A DNA stretch of 64,000 bases from Octopus sinensis (lineage: Eukaryota): assembly GCF_006345805.1 (NCBI RefSeq), contig NC_043003.1, forward strand, positions 31,930,001 through 31,994,000. The letters run 5' to 3'. Numbering within the stretch: position 1 is the first letter of the stretch; each line of letters opens with the position of its first letter. Made by a program: the position numbers and the translations under genes. The notes beneath the pieces are model-generated. The model saw only the letters and a program-made list of their open reading frames with translations, had not been told where the DNA came from and ran no database searches. Positions 1 to 15,400 of the stretch are shown here, piece by piece.

Positions 1-616
1 TCGGAGTTATTTATATTTTATGTAATTGAGGATAAAATCTTTATAATTTTTTTATCAAGTTGCCAGCAGGTAATAAAACCATATAGGTAAAAGTTAATAC
101 AAATATATAATTATATAAATATAATTATAATAAGGGTGGTAATGAATCGCCAGATGGCTCTAACAACTACATTATTAACTCCATCTTCACGGGAGGTGGG
201 GCACAGAGTTAGAGCAAGAGAAAATATTTACAGATGTTCAAGGGAGACAAATGTATTAAAACAGAGGGAGAGAGAGATGGATGAATAGATAGAGCGTTGC
301 AAATTTTAATGTTAAATTCAAAACATACCAACTTGGTAGCAATTGCCAATAAATGATATATTTTATAGTAAATATATTTTATTTGGGTTTATCTAGCATC
401 AAATCGATCGCGAAAATTACATGCGACTTCACAACCATTTATTGCCACACTCTAGATCACGTTGCATGATTAACAGTTGGAATCCGATGTAAAATGTGAT
501 TGGAAAACCACTTGAAGACTCTACAACTGGTGTTCAAAAACAGTTGCATGTTTTCATTTTCTAATAGTGAAGTATTTCATGTTAATATGAAATATATATG
601 ATGGTATATAAGGATG

Positions 617-619
<3 letters not shown>

Positions 620-647
<28 letters not shown>

Positions 648-666
648 AATTATATATATACACACT

Positions 667-702
<36 letters not shown>

Positions 703-715
703 CGTATGTATATAA

Positions 716-746
<31 letters not shown>

Positions 747-945
747 ATATATATAATTGATTAATAAGGGTGATATAATTAGATACTAATTTAATAGTAT
801 CTCGATTCAACACCAAGTGGCCCAGTGCACAGAGAAACCTGGATTATTATATTATAATTTTATAATATATTATAATATTTTATACATAAGTAAATATAAG
901 AGTAAATATTTACTTACTTATATAATATATATATATATATATATA

Positions 946-1001
<56 letters not shown>

Positions 1002-1020
1002 TACACGCATACACACATAT
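620..1020. repeat. (TA)n/(CA)n microsatellite cluster
   Basis: Direct dinucleotide runs. They produce the spurious IY-repeat ORFs at 577-1050. Confidence 0.95.
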
Positions 1021-1699
1021 ATTATGTGTGTGCATACATTGAATAACTAATATGATTTGAATGAAAACTTGTTAAAATACTATGAGACTTTACTGATTCC
1101 CTTGCTCCATAAAACCCATATTGTAGACCAATAATATATTTACCGTAATACATCTCTAACCACTAACGGGATGGCTTTTCGTCTCGAATGTAATAACATC
1201 TTTTCAATGCGTTTAACTGCGTATCACAAAAGAAAGTATGAAAATGTAGTTGTCAATGAACTGATTAGGACCAAAATCAAAATTGCCTTCACATGGGCCG
1301 CCAATTCAAAATATCAGGATATCGTAGTTTTGAAGTTACGGGCAACGCGAATGTGATGTTAAAGCCGATAAGGAGCAAAATGTAAAGCAAAAATATTTTG
1401 TTGGCAAGGGAAAATTACACGGCTCGTAGAGGAGACTGAATACTTGAACTGTGTCTTCGTGAACAATGTCTGAATTTTGAGAGTTGGCACTCACAAACTT
1501 CGAACATAGGTGATCTTTCGGTGTTTCTTATAGTTCAGCAAGGATTGCACAAAGAAGCTTTTTTGTTTATGTAGAGAAGCAATTAGATCTCCAGTTATGC
1601 AACTATCCGCTCTTTACACCGAGGATCATATCAAAAAGAGATCGAAGGGCCATTAAGTGTGAAAGAGGTTATATGTTAGTGCAATCATCAACACCCAAT

Positions 1700-2823
1700 C
1701 AATAGGAAGAATGGCAACAATCCACTATCTGGCGGTTTCGCTAATACTCCTCCATGCATGTGTACGTTCTTTGAACCAAGAAGATTTAAACAAGAGAATC
1801 AGAAAGTCAGCGGGAACGGAGTGTAGGTCATTAAGTGATGCTTTAATGACTTTCTCAATTCACGATCAGAAACACAGAGGGGAACAAAAGCATATGAGCT
1901 GAGAACTTGCACATTGCCTTCATACATGTGGCAACATGTCAAGTAGCTTACATTCACGGTGACCCATTAGCTGCAGAGTTCTCCAAGAAGTTACATCTAT
2001 GAAAATGGAAAAAACTTCCACAGGATCCAGAAGATATTCTGTAACACATCCCATATGGTAATATGACTGCCTCCCTTGAAGAACTGAAGAGCAAAGTCTT
2101 TCCAAATGTTGCCACAAACTACAAAAGTCACAAGTGGCTATGTAAAAGAACTAGTCTGGCACTAAGGAATGATGCGGTAGGTAAGCTGAATCTAAATTTG
2201 TTGTTTTAGCTTCCAGGAACTGAATGATCATACAGGTCAATTTATTCTGTCCCTGAACAAGAACAGGCAACGTTCCACAATTCACTTCAACCACCAAGAC
2301 TTCCGCCACACATTCTGATCAATGAATCAGGTGCTCCAATAATGGTGTTAAGAAAATTTGATGAACCTTACTCTGCAATGGAACAAGGCTGGTTGTTAAA
2401 ACAACCATGCCCCATGTGTTGGAAGCGACAACAATTACAGCCAAAATATGTGAGTATGCCTTCATTCCAAGGATTCCTCACATCTCAAATGATCACCCCT
2501 TCAGATTTAGAGACTGCAGGTTCCTGTCAAACTGAGCTTTGCGATGTATGTGAACAAAGCACAAGGTCAATCTCTAAAGGTGGTGTGACTTAAATTCCTT
2601 CAGCCATGCTTCTCACATGGTCAGCTGTATGTTGGATGTTCCAGAGTTGGAGATGAAATGAACCTCTACATTCTCGGTGATACACATGGCGAGACGGAAA
2701 ACATAGTATATGAAGCACTTAAGAATTACTTTCTGAGACATACACTATCTTACACTACAAGCAAAGAGTTCTGTGTTAAGGCTATGAGTTTAGAACCCGA
2801 ATAAAACCGGGACCTTCTGCTTG
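1700..2823 (+). mobile_element. Decayed Helitron 3' part: PIF1-type helicase relic plus 3' terminus
   Basis: Frameshifted translation gives HIHGDPLAAEFSKKL, LKSKVFPNVATNYKSHKWLC, LCNGTRLVVK (2371-2400), VPVKLSFAMYVNKAQGQSLK (from 2520) and PCFSHGQLYVGCSRVG (2604-2651). The end has a CCCG-8nt-CGGG hairpin (2796-2811), then CTTG|T (2820-2823), a decayed CTAG. The 5' limit is uncertain. Confidence 0.9.
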
Positions 2824-2828
2824 TATAT

Positions 2829-2862
<34 letters not shown>

Positions 2863-3435
2863 ATATTATATATATATATATATTATATATATATATATAA
2901 ACATACAGATTCAAGGACCAGTTAAAATCATTAATAGTACATAAAGATAATTATCATTGTGCCACATGCTTAAAATTTTAAAACTATGAAAACATGTATA
3001 AAAACTCTACATTCTTAATGTTAATGTACAAATGAAAAGTTTATGAACAGGAAGTCATAGGATCTGTTCAACATTGGAAAAAATCAAAAACAGAACAAGA
3101 AAAAGAAAACGTATTTAGCGGAAACATACTTGCATGAAAAACCAATGATAAATTTGTAAGAATGAAAAGCTATGTTTTGAAATAAAAGACTAAAATACAA
3201 ATATGAATATCTTTATAAAAATATAGCTTGTCTTATATCGTATCTGTGAATAGATTTCTATGGAAACCAAGTCGAATATCACTTCCTTTGGGAATCATTT
3301 AGCGAAATTTCCATTTAAATCTTTAATGAAGAGATTAAATTTTGTATTTTATCATTGTCATAATATTCTATGAAGTTTAATGAAGCTTTACTCTAGTGAA
3401 TATGATTGTTCAGGTTAATGTAATATATAAAGCTT

Positions 3436-3436
<1 letters not shown>

Positions 3437-3481
<45 letters not shown>

Positions 3482-3647
3482 TTACATACATATATATATA
3501 TATATATGTATATATATAAATATATATATATATATGTATATATATTTACATACATATATATATATATATGTATATATATAAATATATATATATATATGTA
3601 TATATATTTACATACATATATATATATATATTATATATATATATATG

Positions 3648-3711
<64 letters not shown>

Positions 3712-3719
3712 TTACATAC

Positions 3720-3760
<41 letters not shown>
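3437..3760. repeat. Compound (TA)n/(TG)n microsatellite
   Basis: Direct sequence. Confidence 0.95.
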
Positions 3761-3761
<1 letters not shown>

Positions 3762-3762
<1 letters not shown>

Positions 3763-4086
3763 GAGGCGCATGGCTCAGTGGTTAGAGCGTCGAGCTTTCA
3801 ATCGTGAGGTTGTGAGTTCGAATCCAGGGCCGGGCTGCGTGTTGTGTTCCCGAGCAAGACACTTTACTTCACGTTGCTCTAGTTCACTCAGCTGTAGAAA
3901 TGAGTTGCGACGTCACAGGTGCCAAGCTGTATCGGCATTTGTCTTTCCTTTGGATAACACTGGTGGCGTGGAGAGGGGAGGCCAGTATGCATAGGTGTCT
4001 GCTGGTCTTCTATAAAGAACCTTGCTCGGACTTGTGCCTAGGAGGGTAACTTTCTAGCTGCAATCACACGGTCAGTCATGACCGAA
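3762..4086 (+). mobile_element. tRNA-derived SINE with a CORE-like central domain
   Basis: A box TGGCTCAGTGG (3771-3781) and B box GTTCGAATCC (3816-3825), followed by gagcaagacactttacttcacgttgc...ctgtagaaatgag, which resembles the MIR/CORE domain. Confidence 0.85.
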
Positions 4087-4189
4087 GTGTGTCCCAGCAT
4101 GTGTGCTTGTGTGTATGTATGCAGTCATATGTATTTATCCATAATTCTGTATATTATAATGATTTCAGATAGTGTGTTTATTTCACTGG

Positions 4190-5990
4190 TAAAAGCTATA
4201 TAGAGTGTGTCCTGTATTTGTGGTTATATTTTTTATTTAGGTTGTATTATTGGATTGACAGTATCTTGCGTAGGATGTGGGCTGTTCCTAGCAGGGCTAT
4301 TTTCCGGACAGTGCGTTGTGTTGAGGATTCAAGTATAGTTTCTTTATTTTTGTTCATATGATTTTTTTTTATCATGCCCAATGCTCCAATTATTTGTATC
4401 GTTTTCATCTCATGCCCTACATTTTGAATACTTCAATTCCGAGGTCTTTGTACTTCTACAATTTCTCCACTTCTTTTTTGACACTATTTTTATCGGGAGG
4501 TATTGCAATGTCTATTTGTGAGAAGGTGCTTTTTATTTTCTCAAATCCTTGACTATTATGTCTAGACAATTAACTTTTATTACTTTTCGGTTTGAAACCG
4601 CATATCCCTGATGACTGTGACCTGATCGTTGTCTTCTACCTTGCTTGGGTCATGCTTATACCACCTGCTATTCAGTTATGATGTAATTTTGGCAAACAGG
4701 CCAGTGGATATAACTGCTTAATTTGAAGAATCTGTATACATATTCAGACTTGACAAGGTCTAGGCAGCCTGAGATGATGTAGTGAACTGTCTCGTTGTCC
4801 TGGCTGCACAATCTGCATTTTATGTTGCGGCCTGTTGTCATTATTTTATTTGTAACATTGTATGTTGTCAGGCATTGCTTTTGTGTAGCGATAATCAGTC
4901 TTTACGTTTCGGCTTTTAGTCCAGAGCTTTCGAGCCATTGTTGGCTTTTACTTAGGCTCGCTTCCTCTCTGTCAAGCCTTACAGAGTAGTGGCCATCAAG
5001 TGATTTTTCTCTCCATTTCTTCTTCAGTATCTTTTTTAGTTCAGTTTTCAGGTTTTTTGTTTTGTTTTTCTGACCATTTCTGCTATGTTGTTATCTGAGG
5101 TCAGTGTGTCAGTGTAGTTTGCTTCTGCTTTGTACTTTGTCGCTTCCTTGTGTATAAATAAAAGCGTTTTATTTTTCTCAAGTTCTTTTACTACATGCAG
5201 TAATCTTCCTCTCTTAGTTTCCAGTGTTTCCCTAATCCAGCTGTTGGTAGGTATATTATGTCTGCGTCTGCTTTGAGATGGTGACTTCGGTACGCTGTTA
5301 GTAGATTTCTGGTTTTTCTATCTAGGTTTCTCAATTCACTGATCTTCCAGTTTATTATGTTAAAGTTGTAATTTATGAACGGTATGGCTATCGTGTTTAT
5401 CCCCATTATCTTACTTTTAAGATTAAGCTCAATGTTAAATTTAGTCTAATTCTTCTATAATACTCCTAATTTTCTCTTTCATTTCTGTGTGTTGTATTTT
5501 GGCTGTTTCTTCTATTCTAGATATTTGTATGGGTACTTGTGATCTAATTCTCTATTTTCTTTCGGGAGCAGTGATTACAGTGCTGAATAATTTACTTCTT
5601 CTCAATGTGACTCTGACACATTTCTGCATCCCCATGATCATTTTGATGTCATTACTGCAACTGAAAAATTTTGATATGGTTTCTCTCTTCTTTGGTGCTT
5701 TGAGCGTCACGTTTTATGTCATACATGTACCGAAGGTGGTAGCACGTATAACCCATGGTGGTTTCGTTTAACAAGCTTGTTAGCGGAGTCACAGAAAGGC
5801 AGGGGTCACTATGAGTGTCCCTGGGAAATTCCTCTTCTTATGCGTATAGGGTAGGTTTTAATAACTTTATGAGTCCTTTTTTTAAATTCTATACTGGTTT
5901 TCCAGTTTGCCACTGCATGTTTAATATATTTTAGTAGTGGTGGGGCTACCTTATCTGTGTGGAGAGATTCCAGTATCCATGAGTGTGGAG
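4190..5990 (-). mobile_element. Decayed R4/Dong-like RLE non-LTR retrotransposon (RT, CCHC knuckle, RLE, C-terminus)
   Basis: Minus-strand fragments include RIRRGISQG (RT), KCRLCSQDNETVHYIISGC, WYKHDPSKVEDNDQ..DIIVKD and KIALLGTAHILRKILSIQ* (stop at 4247-4249). Many stops and frameshifts. Confidence 0.85.
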
Positions 5991-6179
5991 CAAGAGAAAC
6001 AAGTAAAAAAAATGGTGTGCCGAAAAACTGGATGAAAAAGAAAGGAATATAAAGGAATTTAAATATATATTTTGAATACGTTTACTGGTTATTAAAAGTT
6101 TCTTTTATCATACGACTATCTCAAAGGTGGAAAGATCTATGTTTAAATATATGTAGTTATTTTTAATCCTTGCCCCCCC

Positions 6180-6214
<35 letters not shown>

Positions 6215-6299
6215 CGACTCTATTCTGTCTATGTACGTCTCTATTCTGTCTATCAGCTCTTTCACGCTTATTCGTTAATTCCACTCTTCGTTCTTTCGT

Positions 6300-7044
<745 letters not shown>

Positions 7045-7117
7045 CATATATCGAAAAAAGATGTTATAATACTATTATACAAACAATCGAACATACCTCC
7101 ATCATCATCATCATATA

Positions 7118-7158
<41 letters not shown>

Positions 7159-7344
7159 CTGAATTAGAGTTTAAAATAACCATCTAAAGGATAGAAGTAT
7201 CCATTACACTAACGGTATATTACCTATATTTAACCATGGGCATACATGTCCAAAAATATGTTCATAATTTATAGGTGAAGACAAAAAAAAACATGGGTGT
7301 ATCAGGAATCAAAAATTAAAGGAAGCAGAAACATTTGACTTACG

Positions 7345-7834
7345 TCAATTATTATTTATTAATCCAATGCAAATAGACTGCATCCCCTCTAACAGCTGTT
7401 TCTGATTACAATGATCTAAATTATTGCCATTGATATGCAAAAATATGTAAAATATTAATCATATTTTGGTAATAAAACCGATCTGAAACAGGGAGTTTCA
7501 TCAGAGTGGAGAATAAATAAAAATGAAGAGCATAGAGAAGAGAAGGGGAAAAGGGAAAATGTTGAATATGGTTGTAATGATACCATTTTGCTTGTGTGAT
7601 TTTTCTCCTGTGATTACTGCTAAATCCAACTTTTCCCTTCCTCTTTTCTATACTCTTCTTTATTAATTATTTACTGTGATGGAGCTCCTTGTTTCAGATC
7701 GGTTTTATAACCAAATATAATTAATATCTTACATATGTTTGCTTATCAATGGCAATGCTATACAATATTGGAAGCAGATGCAGCTGTGAGATGGGATGCA
7801 GTCTACATACATTGAGTTAATAAATAGTAATTGA
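7345..7834. repeat. Imperfect fold-back with ~210-220 bp arms (7345-7564 / 7627-7834)
   Basis: Matching arm segments include tagactgcatccc/gggatgcagtcta, attgccattgat/atcaatggcaat and aaaaccgatctgaaac/gtttcagatcggtttt. Confidence 0.8.
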
Positions 7835-7884
7835 TGCACATCAATTGTTGTTCATCAGTACATCTCCATTTTTTATTTTCTTAA

Positions 7885-7942
<58 letters not shown>

Positions 7943-9415
7943 ATGTATATACATACCTACATACACCTCGCCCCTGCATATATGTGCGTTTAAAAATATG
8001 CAATGAATCTGACTATGTGTGTATGTGACCTATGCCCCTAAGTGTCAGTAATTGTTTGTGGGGGGGGGGGGCTCGAATTTCTGTTCAGATGGAAATCAAC
8101 TCACTACCGTGTATAGTCATTCCTTGATAGCGAGCTCGAAATAAAGTTAACATTTCAGCCCAACTGATGATTATCGACATTCATCTGAGCTATCATAGCG
8201 GTATCTCTTCTCTGTTAAATGCAACGCAGAATCATGTTATTTGGCATTGCATATTAGTAAGTGTTTATCCAGACCCAATTAGAAAATGTTGCAGAAGAAG
8301 CCTTCGATTGGAAATTAATTTGCGTTTGCTCCTGCAATAATTTGTTTGGAAGGTGGAAGACTTTAACAGTGAGGACGAGTTAAGATCTGAATCCCATTCG
8401 TAGTTTCAAAATTGCCTTTAAATTATTCGAGGCCAAGACCTCTAATAATTTAAAGGCGGGTTAAAATGTCATATATCTCAGTCCACGTATTGTTTGAATT
8501 TGTTTCCAGAATGATGCAAGATGTGTTTGGAGGCGTAGAAAATCTTGGGAAAGGTAGCATGGTGTGAATAAATGGTATAGAAATATATTTGCATTAGCGT
8601 GAATGGATGTTTCTGCAGAGAATGCGAGTGATTGAGAAATCTACTTATATGTTGACATAGTCATTCAGAAGCATATCCGAACATGGTGTATAGGCTGACT
8701 GTTAGAGATCGATCTGAGATAAGAGACTTTCAGAGGAACAGATTGCAGGTTTTTCATGGGATGGTTAAAGTGTCTGGTTGCAGCTGAGATCACATATTTT
8801 TGTAATGCTTATTAATCTTCACACAATATTGAAATGTGTTTATATGCATCTGGTTCTCAAACCTAATATCAACATGAATAGTTAGGAGGAAAATATAGTA
8901 TATATGTGCATATTGACATATGGCATAAGAGATCATTTTTTATTTGGAATTTAATTATTGAAGTTTACACATATCAACGATCTGTTAGTGAATACGTTGT
9001 GAAAAAGATGAATTTGATATCGTTTTACTTCATGTAATTTTATCCCTTAACACATACACATTCCACACGAAAACATACACGCAGGTGCGCATAACACAAC
9101 ACATACACCCACACAGACACACGCACCCAAACACACCTACATTTATATACATAAAAATATTACATGTCTATATATATATTCATGTGTGTATACTGCCATA
9201 TTGCTACTGTTTGTACCTGTATGCTTTTCATAAAACTGATTAATAATCTGTTTTCTCAATCAAATATTTTAGCTTCACTTTGATTAAATTACAACGTAAA
9301 CAAAATGCGTCACAATAAAAATCGAGAATGACACACACATAAGCATAAACACACAGCCGCATGTGTGTATGTGTGTGTAGGTGTACGTATGTACATGTAT
9401 TTATAAACATATGTA

Positions 9416-9449
<34 letters not shown>

Positions 9450-10570
9450 ATGTATATATGTATATATATATAAACGTATATGTATATATGTGTATATATA
9501 CGTTTTTAACACGCACACACACACATACATAGAAACATACAAACATGCACACATATATATGTACGTATGTATATGTATATATACATATATGACGTTTCAA
9601 CATTTAATTACTTTCTAGAATAATCTTGCCTACTCGTTAAATAGATTACGTTTAAGCAAAGTTGTATATATAGAATGTAATATAAACTTTTTTAATAGTT
9701 TCGTCAGACAAGAGACATAATTTAAGAAACTAATTCGAAACAGTTACAATAACACATTATAATAAATGTTGCGCACTAAACACTAATTAAACAAGACTAA
9801 ATGAATGAATAAAGAACTAATAACTCATCTTGTTACTACGTATTTCATTATGAGCAGACGTTATATATCTATTGATATTTAGAATGCAATGTCTTACTTA
9901 ATAATCAGCATCAAATTGGTTTGTAACACAATATTTATGAAGATTTCCTAATTACTAATGTAGTAATTATAAGCAGAGTTCTCGTGGTGTGTTGTTGCTG
10001 AGGCGAATCTGTACAATGTCGAATAAAATTCATTGGATTTATATCCCAGATTTTTCAAATTAAGCCGTGGTCAAATGTTCCTTTTACATTTCCTACATTA
10101 AAATAAATAAAATCGCTGTCAATTACTGGGGTAAATGATCTCTATCAAATTCTCAATTGACTTTTGACTATTTTAGAATGTATTTCTAAGTTGGGTGTAT
10201 CTGGTTGAAGCGTTAGTTCGTCGGCAAGCGAAGTGTTGCTTAATTTGTTCCTGCTCTCTACGATTTTCCCCAGCCTTGCTCTTCATCCTCTCGTGATTGA
10301 TAAATGAAGTAACAGTAGTTATGTTACTTCCTCTTGGTCTTCTACTACAGTTTTAAGATGACCATCCACTGCAAACCCCCGATATTTGCAATTTAGCACT
10401 TCCCTGAGGTAGCCATGAAATTTAAATCAACTTTTAATTATTTTTAAATGTCTTCAGAAATTAATCCATATTATGTATATTTTCTGCTTTTACTCATACA
10501 AAGTTGTAACAGTTATACGGTTTTTACAATGCTCATTCCCTGCAAGCTGCCAATATTTGCACGTTAGCAC

Positions 10571-11170
10571 AGGGCTGTTCTTGCACATGCAACTGCAGCT
10601 GTCACCACTGTTAATTACGACTTACTCAGTAAGCTACCTTCTCAAGAACGTTCATTTAGATCAGTTGATATATTTACCATCCTGGATCACGTTACACACT
10701 TTCCAACAGAATTTCTCAACTCACAGCATCCTCCAGGACTCCTTCTTCATGAACTTCACTTAAACGTCGGTTGCCCTATCATCTTCCTACGCAATCTAAA
10801 CCAGTCCACTCTATGCAATTGAACTCGCCTTGTGGTAAAGCAAATGATGGACCACATCATTGAAGCCGAAATTATCAGGTGGCACGGCAACAACGATATC
10901 GTTTTTATTCCTAAAATTCCGCTAACCCCAAAAGACAGCCCCTGCCGCATGTGGAGACTTCAGTTCCTTCTCAAACTCAGCTTTGCCATAACCATTAACG
11001 AAGCACAAGGTCAATCGCTGAAAGCTCTCGGATTGGACCTTTGAACGTCATGCTTTTCACAAACACAGTTCTACACCGGTTGTTCCAGATTTGACCATCC
11101 AGACATCACGTTTATCTATGCCCCTGAAGGAAAACCCAAAGATGTCGTCTACAAAGCAGCCCTATTGTAG
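10571..11170 (+). mobile_element. Second decayed Helitron helicase C-terminal relic
   Basis: RAVLAH..LLSKLPSQERSFRSVD, FPTEFLNS.HPPG, LRNLNQSTLCN*TRLVVKQ, FIPKIPLTP, RLQFLLKLSFAITINEAQGQSLKALGLDL. Confidence 0.9.
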
Positions 11171-11765
11171 TTACTCCTCAACTGCAATTTTCACGTCTAC
11201 ACCAAACTGTAGCCGTAAGCAAACAGACCTACAAGGACTCCGTTGATATTTTGCTTCATTTCCATGGTTTCTGTTAACAGTACATTACCTTTAATAACCC
11301 TTCTTACTTCACACACGCTGCTAGATCGTAAGCGTGTTCTGACATTTATTTTTGTAATGCTATTATTCTATTTGTGTGTTTGCAATAAACGTTTGCTTTT
11401 GTTTATCATACATGACTTTCATTGAAAAAAGCTTCAATGAGGTTATGTCAGGCATTACAAGTTAAATAACTAGAAGCTAGTAACGCATCAGATAAGATAT
11501 AAGATCCCTAATGCCTACTGCAATTGCGATATCACTTCATGGACTTTTATTTATTACTAACTTCCAAATTTATGTTCAAAAACCATAATTCATTACCTAG
11601 GTTGCTTAATGCGATATAATTAACTACTAACTAAATAGGTAATTATACATTTTACGTTTATCAACTTGAAACGACTTCTAGCTGCGGGCTTATTCAATTT
11701 AAACCGTCCAAAGAAGTGCACTGTCATAATAAATTACATCGTCCAAAGGACGGCTGCATTTGAGA

Positions 11766-11809
<44 letters not shown>

Positions 11810-11874
11810 TATACATATATGTATAACCAGCTGGAGACAATGTTTTCTAGAGTTAAAAAACAGTAACATTCGTC

Positions 11875-12300
11875 CCAACCGGGACTGCCAGGATATGTTG
11901 GCAAATAATCTTTACTTTTAGATTACTGTTGCTGAATGATTCCCGTCGAGTGATTTAGAAATCATACTCTTTCTATTTATTAGATCAGTGTTGTGTATCA
12001 CTTTGAAAATAAATTTTCAAAGAGGAATTTAACTGCGCTATTTGTAACTGAAAAGTTATTCAGTGCCTAGGAAGCGAAATAACACAGAAACCGTGGACCA
12101 GAGATATTACTTTGTGCTGAGTGGGGATGCTAAACTCCCCTGGTCGAGACTATAAGGATACATATAGCCTGTCATATAGCCAGCTGTAGATGATGTTTCC
12201 TGGGGCTGAATGACATTTTCCCAAGCGGGACTGCAACATTATTTTGGTAGTACTGTTGCTTTAGAGTACTGTTGCTGAATGAGAGATTTAGAAATTATAA
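11875..12300 (+). repeat. Two diverged copies of a short repeat tail (11875-11965 and 12220-12300)
   Basis: Shared cccaa(c/g)cgggactgc, tttaga(t/g)tactgttgctgaatga and gatttagaaat. Confidence 0.55.
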
Positions 12301-12301
12301 T

Positions 12302-12370
<69 letters not shown>

Positions 12371-12375
12371 TATAT

Positions 12376-12408
<33 letters not shown>

Positions 12409-15400
12409 GTATATATGTATATATATATGTGTGTGTGTGTGAGTGTGATGGACCGAGCTGCTAGACTACTTTGATCATAAGTTTGTCCATTCATAAATGT
12501 TGACGTTGTGATCTTGAACTGCACATCAAGACATTCAATTTTGTTCCTGGATATGTTTTGCTAACTCACTGAATATTCAGTTGAACAATTTTGGGTAAGG
12601 TTTTGCTCTGCCTTCCCGAAAGAGATTACAGAAAATATTTACGATTTCTTAGAAATGCAATGATAAACATCGATCTGTGTTAAAAAGCTGATATAGATTT
12701 CGTAAATACCAATAACCCTCAACTGGCGTGCTTACTACGTTACGACTTGTATATCACCGGAATGTAAGGGTTGACAGTTCACTGATTGCCACAGTTACAT
12801 GTCTTACAATAAAACGTTTAGTTTCTATCAAACACATTATAGAAGCTTGGAGATGCAAAGTCTGATGATTTAAAGGAATCCTCTATGAATGTTATATCAC
12901 ATAGAGATCATATGTGGACATCTTTTATTAGATATGTGTTATAGTTTATCGCTGTATATTATCTTGGGCCAATCGCGGAGAAAGGAATTGGCGTCTTGAA
13001 AATTTCCCAGTTGCTCACTTCACAGAAACAGACGGCATTCTGCTATGAATTCTGTTGCTGTCAGAGTGTGTGTTTAACTACAATATTCTTCTGGATACTA
13101 AGAAACAATAAGAATTATATGACTGCATTTTTGAGGTATCGTTGAACAAAATTGAAAATTGTTCGTTTGTTTGTAAAGGCGGCAGATAACATTTAACAGA
13201 TAACACTGTTAGAACATTTCTGTTCCTAGCAGCCACGCTGCAAATATTGAAAAGCAAATATGTGGATCACGTGTCTTGGTTACCTGCCTTCAAACCAAAA
13301 TAATGTGTGTAGACAAGTTTAAACCTAGGTGACGTCACTTTGATTTTCTCTGTTGTATGGGTTTAAATTGTTCATAAGCATAGCAGAACTGTTCAAGGGC
13401 TTTGCATAAGAATATCTATATTTGAAAACATAAAAAAAAGGATACGTCACGTAATACCATCGATCTGACAGTCAAAGAAGTGTAAGGTTATAAAATGTTC
13501 TTAAAGTATTTGCAAATAACTAACTTGATTTCAGAAAATCTAGCTGTGATACAAAGTTTCAACATATCAATTTAAAATAAGTGCATCAAAGTTGTTTAGA
13601 AGCAACATTCCACCTAGTGTAAACCTTGAAATTTAAACGGTGACCAAGTACAAATCATTTCAATTAGCAGATCATAATTTTTTAATTTAAAATTATATTA
13701 AAATTCACATTAGGCAAACGCAATTTTAATTATAAATATATTATCATTATCTTCTTTCTATCGTTAATTCCTTCTTTGGAACATAAAGTAAACAAGAAAT
13801 TTTGTTTCCAAGCATCTTGAAATTAGTCTCTTAATAAAGTAATTTAAATATCTCTTTTCGAGTAATTATGAAAACTCTGCTCATTTGAATAGACATAACT
13901 GTTGTAAAAGGAAATATATCGCTTAGAATATATTTAAACTCTCAATGTAAACTTGTCATTTCCAGTTACAAAACAGCAACAAAATGCACTTTAATATAAT
14001 AATAGAAACTAAATTCTATAATTCTATATAAAGCAAAGCATATATTCGTGAAGGAGTTAGGATTTTGACAAAAAATTTGTGTTATGCAAAGATCTTAACA
14101 TTGATACATCTAATATATTCTAGACTATGTGAATTTACTTTCTCATTTATTATTATCATTTTTTTTTTGGGGGGGGGGGGCTACTAATCATGAGATCTTT
14201 TGTGTATGTTTGCTTCGAGAAGTGTTGAAACTATTCCTGATATGCTACAATCACTCATTGTTGAAATGGACTAACAGACACCTAAAGACGTCTCAGACAT
14301 ACATACATACATACATACATACATACATACATACATACATACATACATACATACATACATACATACATGCATACATACATGCACACACAGATATATATAT
14401 ATATATATATGACGTTGTAAGTAATGTCGAAACATGATGAACCGGTTCCAAATGCATTTTTAATACTTGACATATCTCATATCCCTCACAGGAACAAATC
14501 ATATGTAAATGGTTAAATATATTGCCTCATATAGCATTAATTCAATATCATTAATGCCTTAGTGGGTCTTTAATAGACGTCAATACTCTGACACGAATAT
14601 CTCTTCTCCATTTCATTTAGAAAATCATGTTTGATTGCCCAGAATTTTTTCATTTCAATTAACATTAATATAATTGCTGCTTATATTATAATAGTGCTAC
14701 CAATGTTTCTTCCCCCTGGGAGATTATAAGCAAAATGTTTATTGCTGTTATGATTACTTGTATTTAATTTATTTATTTGCATTCAAGAATATTGGTTAAA
14801 ATATGCACAATTATTATAGAAATCTCTCCGTTACAAGAGAGACGAAAGAACTGTATATATGACAGTAGTTTTACTACCTCGGGGCGTTTGATTTCAAATC
14901 AGTAGTAGGTATCTCACAAAATATTTTAGGAGTAACATTAGGTAAATTGTTTGTAGCAATTAAATTCTTTTTATAGCTAAAAACATTTCATATATTTCAT
15001 AGCTGTAAAAATATTTCATATATTTCTAGCAGGATATAAATATAGAATCATCTATTTATGCCATAATTGGCCATACATATCGATTTGTATTAAAATGGGA
15101 CAGTATCTTAACAACACTCCTTGAATATATTAGAGGCAAATGCCTATCATCTGACCAGTGTGACAGAATATTTACTGTTCAATATAAATAAAATCGAAAT
15201 AGCTTGTGCTGTATTCTGGGCGATAATAAATGCCCAAGCTCAATATTCTTAATTTCCACTGTAAATTGTGCTATCAAGAGCAGAACCAGAAGCAGATTTA
15301 CTGCATGGTTGCTAATCGTTTAGTTCCCTTGCAGTTCGGACTTCAAATAATCCCATGTATATAAGTTGGAGAAGTAGGGCGTGTTAAATTTTCTCTAGAG

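Noticed and set aside
3762-3835. tRNA-like sequence with A and B boxes
   Set aside because: It has no proper acceptor stem and continues into a SINE core, so it is a SINE head and not a tRNA gene.
8100-8830. Coding-looking stretch, possibly an old LINE RT on the minus strand
   Set aside because: No diagnostic motif could be read with confidence.
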